Positions 18,838 to 26,842 of a DNA stretch of 64,000 nucleotides are shown piece by piece. A program made the position numbers and the translations under genes. Position 1 is the first letter of the stretch; each line of letters starts with the position of its first letter. Source of the stretch: Chthoniobacterales bacterium (GTDB lineage Bacteria > Verrucomicrobiota > Verrucomicrobiia > Chthoniobacterales > Chthoniobacteraceae); contig JBBQZX010000007.1 in assembly GCA_038207335.1 (NCBI GenBank), positions 138,651-202,650 on the forward strand. The letters run 5' to 3'. The notes below the pieces were generated by a model. The model was not told where the DNA came from, did not search any database, and worked only from the letters and a program-made list of their open reading frames with translations.

Positions 18838-19372
18838 TCCGGTGCTGCTTTTTGCGCGGCCGCTGAACCGGCTTGGCGCTGCCTACATGATCGTCGGCTC
18901 GGTCGCGTCGATTGCTTACGGGGAAATTCGCACGACGAACGATGTCGATCTCGTGCTCGAGTTTCAACCCCGCGACGCAGTGCGGATCGCGACGGAATAT
19001 CCAGCCGCCGAGTTCTATTGCCCGCCCGAAGAAGTGCTGCGAATCGAGTCGGCGAGGGCGCACCGCGGGCACTTCAATGTGATCCATCACGCAACTGGAT
19101 TTAAGGCTGACTTTTATCTCAAAAACGCGGACGCGCTGAGCGACTGGGCGATGCGGAATCGGCGGCGGATCGTTTTCGAGGGGGAGGAGTTGAGCTTCGC
19201 GCCGCCGGAATATGTGATCCTCGGGAAGCTGCAATTTTTCCGAGAAGGCGGGAGCGAAAAACACCTGCGCGACATCGCGTCGATGCTAGAAATCACCGAG
19301 GTGGATCGCGAATTTGTGAGCGATCACGCGGCGCGGCTGGGCGTGGTCGAGGAGTGGCGACGCTGCGGATGA
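18824..19372 (+). CDS. Nucleotidyltransferase, MenT/AbiEii-like putative toxin
   Basis: YMIVGSVAS...RTTNDVDLV (GS plus DxD), KADFY, PEYVILGKL...KHLRDI. Confidence 0.8.
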   Translation: MPDLSPVLLFARPLNRLGAAYMIVGSVASIAYGEIRTTNDVDLVLEFQPRDAVRIATEYPAAEFYCPPEEVLRIESARAHRGHFNVIHHATGFKADFYLKNADALSDWAMRNRRRIVFEGEELSFAPPEYVILGKLQFFREGGSEKHLRDIASMLEITEVDREFVSDHAARLGVVEEWRRCG

Positions 19373-19426
19373 CGCGGCACTCGCGGCTTGCCATGCGGGA
19401 GGGCGGGCACTGAAGATTGGCGGTCT

Positions 19427-19924
19427 ATGCAAGACATCCGTATCATTCTCAAGACCGGCAAGGGCGACATCGAGGCGACACTTTTCGCCAGCAAAGTGCC
19501 GATGACCGCCGCCAGTTTCCTGAGCCTCGCGAAGAGCGGCTTTTATAATGGCATCACGTTTCACCGCGTGATCCCGAATTTCATGATCCAAGGCGGCGAC
19601 CCGACGGGGACGGGCTCGGGCGGGCCGGGTTACAAATTTGCCGACGAGATCGACCGCTCACTGAAGCACAGCAAGGCGGGCATTTTCTCGATGGCGAATG
19701 CGGGGCCGGCGACGAATGGCAGCCAGTTTTTTGTCACGCACGGGCCGACGCCGCATCTCGATGGGAAGCACGCGGTCTTCGGCGAAGTGACGAAGGGACA
19801 GGACGTGGTCGATGCGATCCGACAGGGCGACAAGATCAAGGAGATCGAGGTGCTCGACTCGACGGATGAGCTTTTCGCCGCGCAAAAGGCGAACATCGAC
19901 AAGTGGGCCTCGGCGCGGCGCTGA
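19427..19924 (+). CDS. Cyclophilin-type peptidyl-prolyl isomerase, cytoplasmic
   Basis: [53 protein letters not shown]. Confidence 0.95.
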   Translation: MQDIRIILKTGKGDIEATLFASKVPMTAASFLSLAKSGFYNGITFHRVIPNFMIQGGDPTGTGSGGPGYKFADEIDRSLKHSKAGIFSMANAGPATNGSQFFVTHGPTPHLDGKHAVFGEVTKGQDVVDAIRQGDKIKEIEVLDSTDELFAAQKANIDKWASARR

Positions 19925-19939
19925 GCGCGCCCGGCATTT

Positions 19940-20129
19940 TTTTACCGCAGCGGATGCGGCGCGAGCCGCGAGTTTTAAACCACAAAAGCAAGAAGAACGG
20001 ACTTTTGGCAGGAATCCAGCATAGCAGAAGAGACGAGCGAAACGGATGAGACGTCGCCTCCCTCACGTTCCTCCACACTTTGTGCCTCCGTGCCTTTGCG
20101 GCTCAAATTTCTCTCCGCTGCGGTCAAAA
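19940..20129. repeat. ~190-nt intergenic element bounded by inverted repeats, containing a triple octamer
   Basis: ACCGCAGCGGA (19944-19954) / TCCGCTGCGGT (20114-20124), perfect 11 bp; GAGCCGC/GCGGCTC inside; octamers at 20078-20101. Confidence 0.6.
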
Positions 20130-20137
20130 CCCCGCTC

Positions 20138-21109
20138 CTAAAAGACGCCGGGCATCCCCTCAGTCATCACTGAGATGCGATCCTCGATGCCGTGCGCGCG
20201 GGCGCAGGCAAGCAGGCGCTCGGGCGGCTCGTGGAGCGGTTCGTAGCTGAGGCGGAATGTGCCGTAGTGCATCGGCACCATGCGCTTTGCGCCGAGGTCG
20301 AGGAATGCGCGCACGGCCTCCTCGGGGTTCATGTGGACTTCGCGTCCGCTCGGCGGGTCGTAGGCGCCGATGGGCATGAGCGCGATGTCGATCGGGTGCC
20401 GCTCGCCGATTTCGCGGAAGCCCTCGAAGTAAGCCGTGTCGCCGCAGTGAAAGATCGAGCGTCCGCCGACCTCGATCACGAAGCCGCCGAATCCGCGGTG
20501 CGAATCGTGAAGCATCCGCGCGCCCCAATGATGGCACGGCGTCAGCGTGATCTTCAGCGGCCCGTGCTCGTAACTTTCCCAATAATGCAGCTCATGCACG
20601 CTGCGAAAGCCGAGATCGTGCACGAGATTTCCGACCTCGAACGGTACGACGATCGGCTGATCGGCGGCGACTTCGCGCAGCGTGCGGCGGTCGAGATGAT
20701 CGAAGTGCGCGTGCGTCACGAGCACGACGTCGATGTCCGGCAAATCGTGCAAATGCAACCCCGGATGCCGCACACGCTTCACGACTTTGAGCCACTTCGC
20801 CCAGTTCGGATCGATGAGCACGGACTGCCCGGCGGCTTGGATCAGGAACGACGCGTGGCCGATCCATGTGATGCCAAATTCGCTCTCCTTCAGCTCGGGA
20901 AAAACCGGTGGCGCCTGCGCCCCCGCGCGCTTCGTGAACAGCGATGGGATGAAGACCTGCGTTAGAAAGTTGCGCTTGTGCCAGTCGCCCTTCGGCTTGA
21001 GCCCGACCTTGCGCGTGGCGGGCTGCGTCGGCGCGGGCGAATTGCCATTCGTGTGCGCCGATTTCTTGATCTCGGCCTTCGCTAGGTTGCGCTGGAGGGG
21101 CTTTGGCAC
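20138..21109 (-). CDS. MBL-fold metallo-hydrolase (NAPE-PLD/RomA-like)
   Basis: ITWIGHASFLI, THAHFDHLD, HCGDT, PIGAY, HMNPEEA, PMHYGTF; GTG start supported by promoter spacing. Confidence 0.9.
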   Translation of the reverse strand: MPKPLQRNLAKAEIKKSAHTNGNSPAPTQPATRKVGLKPKGDWHKRNFLTQVFIPSLFTKRAGAQAPPVFPELKESEFGITWIGHASFLIQAAGQSVLIDPNWAKWLKVVKRVRHPGLHLHDLPDIDVVLVTHAHFDHLDRRTLREVAADQPIVVPFEVGNLVHDLGFRSVHELHYWESYEHGPLKITLTPCHHWGARMLHDSHRGFGGFVIEVGGRSIFHCGDTAYFEGFREIGERHPIDIALMPIGAYDPPSGREVHMNPEEAVRAFLDLGAKRMVPMHYGTFRLSYEPLHEPPERLLACARAHGIEDRISVMTEGMPGVF

Positions 21110-21116
21110 GGCGGAA

Positions 21117-21146
21117 AGAATACCTCTTCGCTTCGTGCGCGCGCAA
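21117..21146 (-). promoter_or_regulatory. Sigma70-like promoter, leaderless arrangement
   Basis: TTGCGC-18 nt-TATTCT-7 nt-GTG(21109) on the minus strand. Confidence 0.6.
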
Positions 21147-21157
21147 ACTTTCACGCG

Positions 21158-21166
21158 TGCTACGCT
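21158..21166 (+). promoter_or_regulatory. Extended -10 promoter, leaderless arrangement
   Basis: TGC-TACGCT, then 6 nt, then ATG 21173. Confidence 0.55.
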
Positions 21167-21172
21167 CACGGC

Positions 21173-21712
21173 ATGAAGAGCAAAGCCGAAGTCCGCCACG
21201 CGATCCGCGAGGCGCTGCACTTTTCGTCGGAGGAGCATGGGGAGAAATCGGCGCTCATCCGCGCAGCCATCATCCGCGAAACCGCATGGCAGCAGGCGCG
21301 GACGGTCGCCGTCTTCGCACCGCACGGCAGCGAGCCGGATGTCGAATCGCTCCACACAATCGCCGGAGAGCGTGTCTTCTGCTACCCGCGCCTCCGCGAT
21401 GACGCCCTCGATTTTTTCCGCATCGCAGCCGTCTCGGAACTCGTCGTGTCTCGGTGGAATCTTCGCGAGCCGACCGGCGACGAGACGCACCGCATCGCCC
21501 TGCCTGAGATCGATCTCATCCTCGTCCCCGGCGTCGCTTTCACGCGCGACGGCCGCCGCCTCGGCCGCGGCGGCGGATACTACGACCGCCTCCTCGCGCG
21601 ACCCGAGATGCGCGCGGTGAAAATCGGCGTCTGCTTTTCCACCCAGCTCCTCGATGACCTCCCCGACGAACCGCACGACAAGCGAGTCGATCGTGTGCTG
21701 TGCGACGCCTAG
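21173..21712 (+). CDS. ygfA: 5-formyltetrahydrofolate cyclo-ligase
   Basis: MKSKAEVRH, EPD, YPR, IDLILVPGVAFTRDGRRLGRGGGYYDRLL, PDEPHD. Confidence 0.93.
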   Translation: MKSKAEVRHAIREALHFSSEEHGEKSALIRAAIIRETAWQQARTVAVFAPHGSEPDVESLHTIAGERVFCYPRLRDDALDFFRIAAVSELVVSRWNLREPTGDETHRIALPEIDLILVPGVAFTRDGRRLGRGGGYYDRLLARPEMRAVKIGVCFSTQLLDDLPDEPHDKRVDRVLCDA

Positions 21713-22089
21713 CTCTGGGGCACTTCCAACTCAAACGCCGGGATGCGCGTGAACACAGGCGCGCCAGACTCCGTCACGCCAAAGAACGCGCCCTCGGCCA
21801 CGCACCGGCCCGCCGCGACATGGTAGCTATTGTAGCTGAATCGCTCGCCCGGCTCCAACCGCGGCGTCTTCCCCACTACCCCGTCACCCTCCACCACCAC
21901 GCGGCTCCCGTCGGTCTCCGTCACCACCCATTTCCGCCCGCGGATCGTCACCGTTTCCTCCGAGTCATTGTGGATCGAGATGAAATAAACGAACGGGTGC
22001 GGCTTCTCCGGCGGCGCCTCCAGATGTGGCGCATAGATCACGCGATCGATCGTCGCACGCAGGCCCGGCAGCTCCTGCGGATTCAGCAT
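21709..22089 (-). CDS. apaG: ApaG domain protein
   Basis: FVYFISIHN, RKWVVT, VEGDGVVGKTPRLEPGERFSYNS, IPAFEL; alternative start 22110. Confidence 0.88.
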   Translation of the reverse strand: MLNPQELPGLRATIDRVIYAPHLEAPPEKPHPFVYFISIHNDSEETVTIRGRKWVVTETDGSRVVVEGDGVVGKTPRLEPGERFSYNSYHVAAGRCVAEGAFFGVTESGAPVFTRIPAFELEVPQS

Positions 22090-22187
22090 TTGGGATTTAG
22101 CATTGAGCATTTGAAGAAACCCTGCGGAGACATGACGCCCGCCGACTACGCTTTCGCAAATCTTAAATGCTAAATCCCAAATCCAAG
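22081..22187. repeat. Heptamer arrays forming a perfect 17-bp inverted repeat
   Basis: ATTTGGGATTTAGCATT (22088-22104) is the reverse complement of AATGCTAAATCCCAAAT (22166-22182). Confidence 0.8.
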
Positions 22188-22991
22188 ATGCCCCCCGTCC
22201 TCACCATCGCCGGCTCCGACTGCTCCGCGGGCGCGGGCGCGCAGGCCGACCTGAAAACATTTAGCGCCCTCGGCACCTACGGCCTCACCGCGATCACTTG
22301 CGTTGTGTCGGAAGTCCCCGGCTGCGTCAGCGAAATTCAGCCCGTTTCGACCCGCATCGTGCTCGATCAAATCCGCCTGCTCTTCGATTGCTTTCCGATC
22401 GGCGCATTCAAAACCGGAATGCTCCATTCCCGTGAGATCATTGAAGCAATCAGCGGCATTCTCGGAGCCCAGTTTCCCGATTGGAAAAACGCGCCGCCGC
22501 TCGTCGTCGATCCCGTCATGATCGCCACCAGCGGCGATCCGCTCCTCGAACCCGACGCGATTGAAGCCTACAAAAACCGCCTCTTTCCGCTCGCCACGCT
22601 CATCACGCCGAATCTCGATGAAGTTCAAGCCCTCCTCAGACAGCCCGTCACTTCCCTCGAAGAAATGCGCGCCGCCGGCACCGAGCTCGTCGCGCGGTTT
22701 GGCACCGCTTTCCTTTTAAAAGGCGGACATCTCCGCGGCACGGATGCCACCGATTTACTGTTCGCCGATGGCGAGATCGTCGAGTTCAGCGCGCCCTTCG
22801 TTCCCGGCGTTTCCACGCACGGCACCGGCTGCACCTACTCCGCAGCTATCGTCGCCGGGCTCGGCCGCGGCCTCCCGCTGCGCGAAGCCGTAGGCGAAGC
22901 AAAGCGCTACGTCTCCCGCGCCATCGGCGGCTACCTCCGCTGGGAAAAAGGCGACCACACCATCGACGCGCTAAACCACTTCGCGCCGTAG
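22188..22991 (+). CDS. thiD: Hydroxymethylpyrimidine/phosphomethylpyrimidine kinase
   Basis: VLTIAGSDCSAGAGAQADLKTF, KTGML, VVDPVM, ITPNLDE, LKGGHL, HGTGCTYS; alternative start 22167. Confidence 0.95.
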   Translation: MPPVLTIAGSDCSAGAGAQADLKTFSALGTYGLTAITCVVSEVPGCVSEIQPVSTRIVLDQIRLLFDCFPIGAFKTGMLHSREIIEAISGILGAQFPDWKNAPPLVVDPVMIATSGDPLLEPDAIEAYKNRLFPLATLITPNLDEVQALLRQPVTSLEEMRAAGTELVARFGTAFLLKGGHLRGTDATDLLFADGEIVEFSAPFVPGVSTHGTGCTYSAAIVAGLGRGLPLREAVGEAKRYVSRAIGGYLRWEKGDHTIDALNHFAP

Positions 22992-23122
22992 CTCGCGAAT
23001 GGCCCACCCGCGCTTCTGCCAAACGCTTTGCAGCACCCGATCCTCACCGCGCCTGCCGCGCTTGCCAACCCGCACGCCGTCACCGATTCTCCCGCGCCAA
23101 TTTCCGCCCGCGTGACTCGCAA

Positions 23123-24022
23123 ATGACCGACAAAAAGCTCGTCTTCCTCCGCCGCCTCGGCAGCTCCGTGGCGCTCTGGGCGGTCGCGCTTTACATCATC
23201 CTGTCGGGCCACGAAATCGGCTTCATGTTCCTCATCGGCGGGCTCGGGCTGCTCGGCCTTTGGGAATATTACACGATGCTCGATGCAAAGGGCCTGCCGA
23301 ACTTCAAGATCATCGGAATGCTCTGCGGCATCCTGCTGAATGCGGGCAGCTTCTACTACTTCAGCAAAGTCGGCCCGGCGCGCAGCTACGACTTCGAGAT
23401 CGCCACGCTGCTCTTCTTTCTCCTGATCGTTTTCTCGCGCCAGATGTTCCAGAAAACGCGCGACATCTCGCCGCTCGAGACGATGGCCTACACTGTCTTC
23501 GGCCTGCTCTACGTGCCGTGGCTTTTCACCTTCGTCACGAAGATCGTCTATCTCCTCCCGCGTGACCCGGCCACCGGGCACGTCACCGGCCACCTCTACG
23601 TCCTCTGGCTCGTCCTCGTTACAAAGTTCAGCGACATGGGCGCGTACGTCACCGGCTCACTTTTTGGCAAGCACCCGCTCGTCCCGCACATCTCGCCCAA
23701 GAAAACGTGGGAGGGCTTTTTCGGCGCCCTGCTTTTCTCCACCGGCGGCGCGTGCGGACTGCTCGCGCTCATGCCTGAGCGGCTCGCTTTTTTGAAGATG
23801 AACGGCCCGTTTGTGTTCGGGCACGCCATCATTCTCGGGATCGGCCTCGGCTTCGCCGCCATCATAGGCGACCTCGGCGAATCGATCGTCAAGCGCAGCA
23901 CCGGCGTCAAAGATTCCGGCAACTTCCTTCCTGGCATTGGCGGCGCTCTCGACCTCATCGACTCCATCCTCTTCACCGCGCCGCTCCTCTTCTTCTACCT
24001 GCGCTTCGTCGTCGGCGTATGA
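23123..24022 (+). CDS. cdsA: Phosphatidate cytidylyltransferase
   Basis: Multi-TM; SDMGAY, ISPKKTWEG, GDLGESIVKR, VKDSG..LPGIGGALDLIDS. Confidence 0.95.
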   Translation: MTDKKLVFLRRLGSSVALWAVALYIILSGHEIGFMFLIGGLGLLGLWEYYTMLDAKGLPNFKIIGMLCGILLNAGSFYYFSKVGPARSYDFEIATLLFFLLIVFSRQMFQKTRDISPLETMAYTVFGLLYVPWLFTFVTKIVYLLPRDPATGHVTGHLYVLWLVLVTKFSDMGAYVTGSLFGKHPLVPHISPKKTWEGFFGALLFSTGGACGLLALMPERLAFLKMNGPFVFGHAIILGIGLGFAAIIGDLGESIVKRSTGVKDSGNFLPGIGGALDLIDSILFTAPLLFFYLRFVVGV

Positions 24023-25122
24023 AAAAGCGCCGCGTCGTCATCCTCGGAGCCACGGGCAGCATCGGCGAGAGCGCGAGGAAAGTGGCTCACGACCTCCCGG
24101 AACGGATGGAGATCGTCGGCATGTCCGCGCATTCCAACCGCGAAAAGCTGGACGCCGCTGGACGCGAATTTCCCGGCGCAAAGCTGTGCCTCTCCGGGGA
24201 CGGCAACGACGCCGCACTCGTCGAACTCGCGACCATGCCCGAGACCGACATGGTGCTCATTGCCATCGTCGGGACCGGTGGCCTCGCACCCGCGCTCGCG
24301 GCGATCGAGGCGGGCAAGGACCTCGCCATCGCGAGCAAAGAAATCCTCGTGATGGCCGGTGAAGCGGTGATGACTGCCGCGCGCCAGCGCGGCGTGAAAG
24401 TCCTGCCCGTGGACTCCGAGCACAACGCGATTTTCCAGTGCCTCGAAGCGCGTCCCGCCTCCGATGTCCGCCGTGTCATCCTCACTGCCAGCGGTGGTCC
24501 TTTTCGCAAACTCCCGGCTGAGCAGCTCCCGCACGTCACGCTCGAGCAGGCGCTCAAACACCCGACCTGGGAAATGGGCCGAAAGATCACCATCGACTCC
24601 GCGACCCTCTTCAACAAAGGCCTCGAAATGATCGAGGCGCGCTGGCTCTTCGATGTCGAAATGCCGCGTGTCGATGTCATCGTCCACCCGCAATCGATCA
24701 TCCACTCGATGGTCGAGTTCATCGACCACAGCATACTGGCGCAGCTCTCCGCGACCGACATGTGCTTTCCCATCCAATACGCCGTCACATGGCCAGACCG
24801 CGTCCCGAGTTCCCTGCCGCCGCTCGATTTCGCCGCGCTTGCAAAGCTCGAATTCGAGGCCCCGCGCCGCGCCGATTTTCCCGCGCTCGACCTCGCCCGC
24901 TGGGCTGGCGAGTCCGGCGGCACGCTCCCCGCTGTGCTGAACGCCGCGAATGAAATCGCCGTCGCCGCATTCCTCGAAAAGCGCATCCCCTTCCCCGCCA
25001 TCTGGCAGACCGTGGAGAAAACGATGCGTGCCCACGAGTCCATTGCCCACGCCGGGCTCGATGCTATCCTAGCCGCCGACACATGGGCCCGCGCCCGCGC
25101 CCGAGAACTGCTCGGCAATTGA
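24019..25122 (+). CDS. dxr: 1-deoxy-D-xylulose-5-phosphate reductoisomerase
   Basis: LGATGSIG, LPVDSEHNAIFQ, LTASGGPF, HPTWEMGRKITIDSATLFNKGLE. Confidence 0.96.
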   Translation: MKKRRVVILGATGSIGESARKVAHDLPERMEIVGMSAHSNREKLDAAGREFPGAKLCLSGDGNDAALVELATMPETDMVLIAIVGTGGLAPALAAIEAGKDLAIASKEILVMAGEAVMTAARQRGVKVLPVDSEHNAIFQCLEARPASDVRRVILTASGGPFRKLPAEQLPHVTLEQALKHPTWEMGRKITIDSATLFNKGLEMIEARWLFDVEMPRVDVIVHPQSIIHSMVEFIDHSILAQLSATDMCFPIQYAVTWPDRVPSSLPPLDFAALAKLEFEAPRRADFPALDLARWAGESGGTLPAVLNAANEIAVAAFLEKRIPFPAIWQTVEKTMRAHESIAHAGLDAILAADTWARARARELLGN

Positions 25123-25157
25123 ACTTCGCGGCAACGCCCGCGTCTCACTTCACCCAC

Positions 25158-26816
25158 ATGGCCATCCTGAAAATCATCGGCATCCTCCTCGAGGTCGTCC
25201 TGCTCTTTAACCTTCTCATCGTCGTCCACGAGCTTGGACATTTTCTCGCCGCGAAATGGCGCGGTCTCGTGATCGAGGGCTTCGGCATCTGGTTTGGAAA
25301 ACCCATCTGGCAAAAGAAAATCGGCGGCGTCCTCTACAGCCTCGGCAGCATCCCGGCTGGCGGCTTCGTGAAGCTCCCGCAGCTCATGGATTCCGCGATC
25401 GAGGGCGACAGCGAATACGCCGGCAAAGAGCTTCCGAAGCTCAAGCCCGTGGACAAAATCATCGTCGCCATCGCCGGGCCAGTCTTCAGCTTCGGACTCG
25501 CGTGCTTTTTCGCCATCCTCGTCTGGCAGGTCGGCCGTCCGGTGAGTGAAGGTGAGCGCACTACGACCATCGGATACGTCGTCCCCGGCTCACCCGGTGA
25601 AGAGGCCGGCCTCCAGCCCGGCGACGAACTCCTCTCCATCGACGGCCACAAAGTCGCGCGCTGGGGTGGCCAGAGCGAGGACAGCGTGACGTGGCTCATC
25701 GCCGGCTCCGAGAATCCCAAAATCCATCTCGCCTACAAACGTGACGGCATCATGCACGAAGTGGATGCCACGCCGAAAGTCGCGCAGACCAAATGGTTCG
25801 AGCGCCGTGGTCTGCGCCAGCTCGGCCTCGGCTCCATGAGCCGCCCGATGGTCGCGAAAACCATGCCCGGCAGTCCCGCCGACAAAGCCGGCTTCCAGCC
25901 CAGCGACCTCCTCACGCGCGTCGGCGGCGAGCCCATCTACGACGACTCCACTCTCGACCTCTGGGCGCGCGCGCATCCCGGCGAGCCGCTCGTCATCGGC
26001 GTCGAGCGCAAAGGCGAGCCGGACCTAGTCCAGCTAACCCTCGAGCCGCGCGGATTCATCGCGGGGGACGTTTTCCCCGCGAGCCCCGCCGCCCGCGCAG
26101 GACTGAAAGCAGGAGACCGCATCCTCGCCGTCGATGGCACGCCGACCTCGTTCGGCGAAAATTTCGTGCGCTACATATGGGCCCACAACGGCCAGGCCGT
26201 GACCCTCAGCGTCGAGAGCGGCGCGGAGAAAAAAGAGATCACCGTCACGCCCGAAATCCCGCTGGAAGGCAGCGAAAAGCCCAGCATCGGCATCTCGCTC
26301 ATGCGCGGCGACGGCTTCATCTTCGACGAACGCGGCAAGATGTGGCCGATCCACCCATCGCCCGGCGAGCAAATCGGCGAGGCGACCGGCACGATGTATC
26401 AGACCTTCAAAAAGCTGAGCCCGACCTCCCACAGCAACATCAGCGTCCAGCACATGGGCGGCCCGGTGATGATGATGCGCATCTACTATTTACTCTTCGA
26501 GAGCCCGCAAGGCTGGCGGCTCGTCCTCTGGTTCAGCGTCATCATCAACGTCAACCTCGCGCTCATGAACATGCTGCCCATACCGCCGCTCGATGGCAGC
26601 CACATCACGCTTGCCATCGTCGAACTCGTCCGCGGCCGCCCGCCCGGCCCGCGCACCGCGCGCGTCGTCGAATACGTCCAGACTGCGGGCACCCTGCTCG
26701 TCATCGGCTTCATGCTTTTCGTCACGCTCTTCGACGTGCAGGACCTCTTTGGCGGGGGTAAAAAGAGCGGCGGCATGAAATTCAAACCCCAGCCGGCGGC
26801 ACAGGCGTCTGCGTAA
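25158..26816 (+). CDS. rseP: RseP-like site-2 intramembrane zinc protease with multiple PDZ domains
   Basis: HELGH, GGFVKL, AGP, three SP(A/G)..AG PDZ motifs, NMLPIPPLDG. Confidence 0.93.
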   Translation: MAILKIIGILLEVVLLFNLLIVVHELGHFLAAKWRGLVIEGFGIWFGKPIWQKKIGGVLYSLGSIPAGGFVKLPQLMDSAIEGDSEYAGKELPKLKPVDKIIVAIAGPVFSFGLACFFAILVWQVGRPVSEGERTTTIGYVVPGSPGEEAGLQPGDELLSIDGHKVARWGGQSEDSVTWLIAGSENPKIHLAYKRDGIMHEVDATPKVAQTKWFERRGLRQLGLGSMSRPMVAKTMPGSPADKAGFQPSDLLTRVGGEPIYDDSTLDLWARAHPGEPLVIGVERKGEPDLVQLTLEPRGFIAGDVFPASPAARAGLKAGDRILAVDGTPTSFGENFVRYIWAHNGQAVTLSVESGAEKKEITVTPEIPLEGSEKPSIGISLMRGDGFIFDERGKMWPIHPSPGEQIGEATGTMYQTFKKLSPTSHSNISVQHMGGPVMMMRIYYLLFESPQGWRLVLWFSVIINVNLALMNMLPIPPLDGSHITLAIVELVRGRPPGPRTARVVEYVQTAGTLLVIGFMLFVTLFDVQDLFGGGKKSGGMKFKPQPAAQASA

Positions 26817-26842
26817 TCCGCGCCCGGCGTGACATTGCGCCC

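Noticed and set aside
21110..21172. 6S RNA upstream of ygfA
   Set aside because: Only 63 nt are available, and they are occupied by divergent promoter-like elements.
22105..22187. TPP riboswitch before thiD
   Set aside because: No CTGAGA core and too little space.
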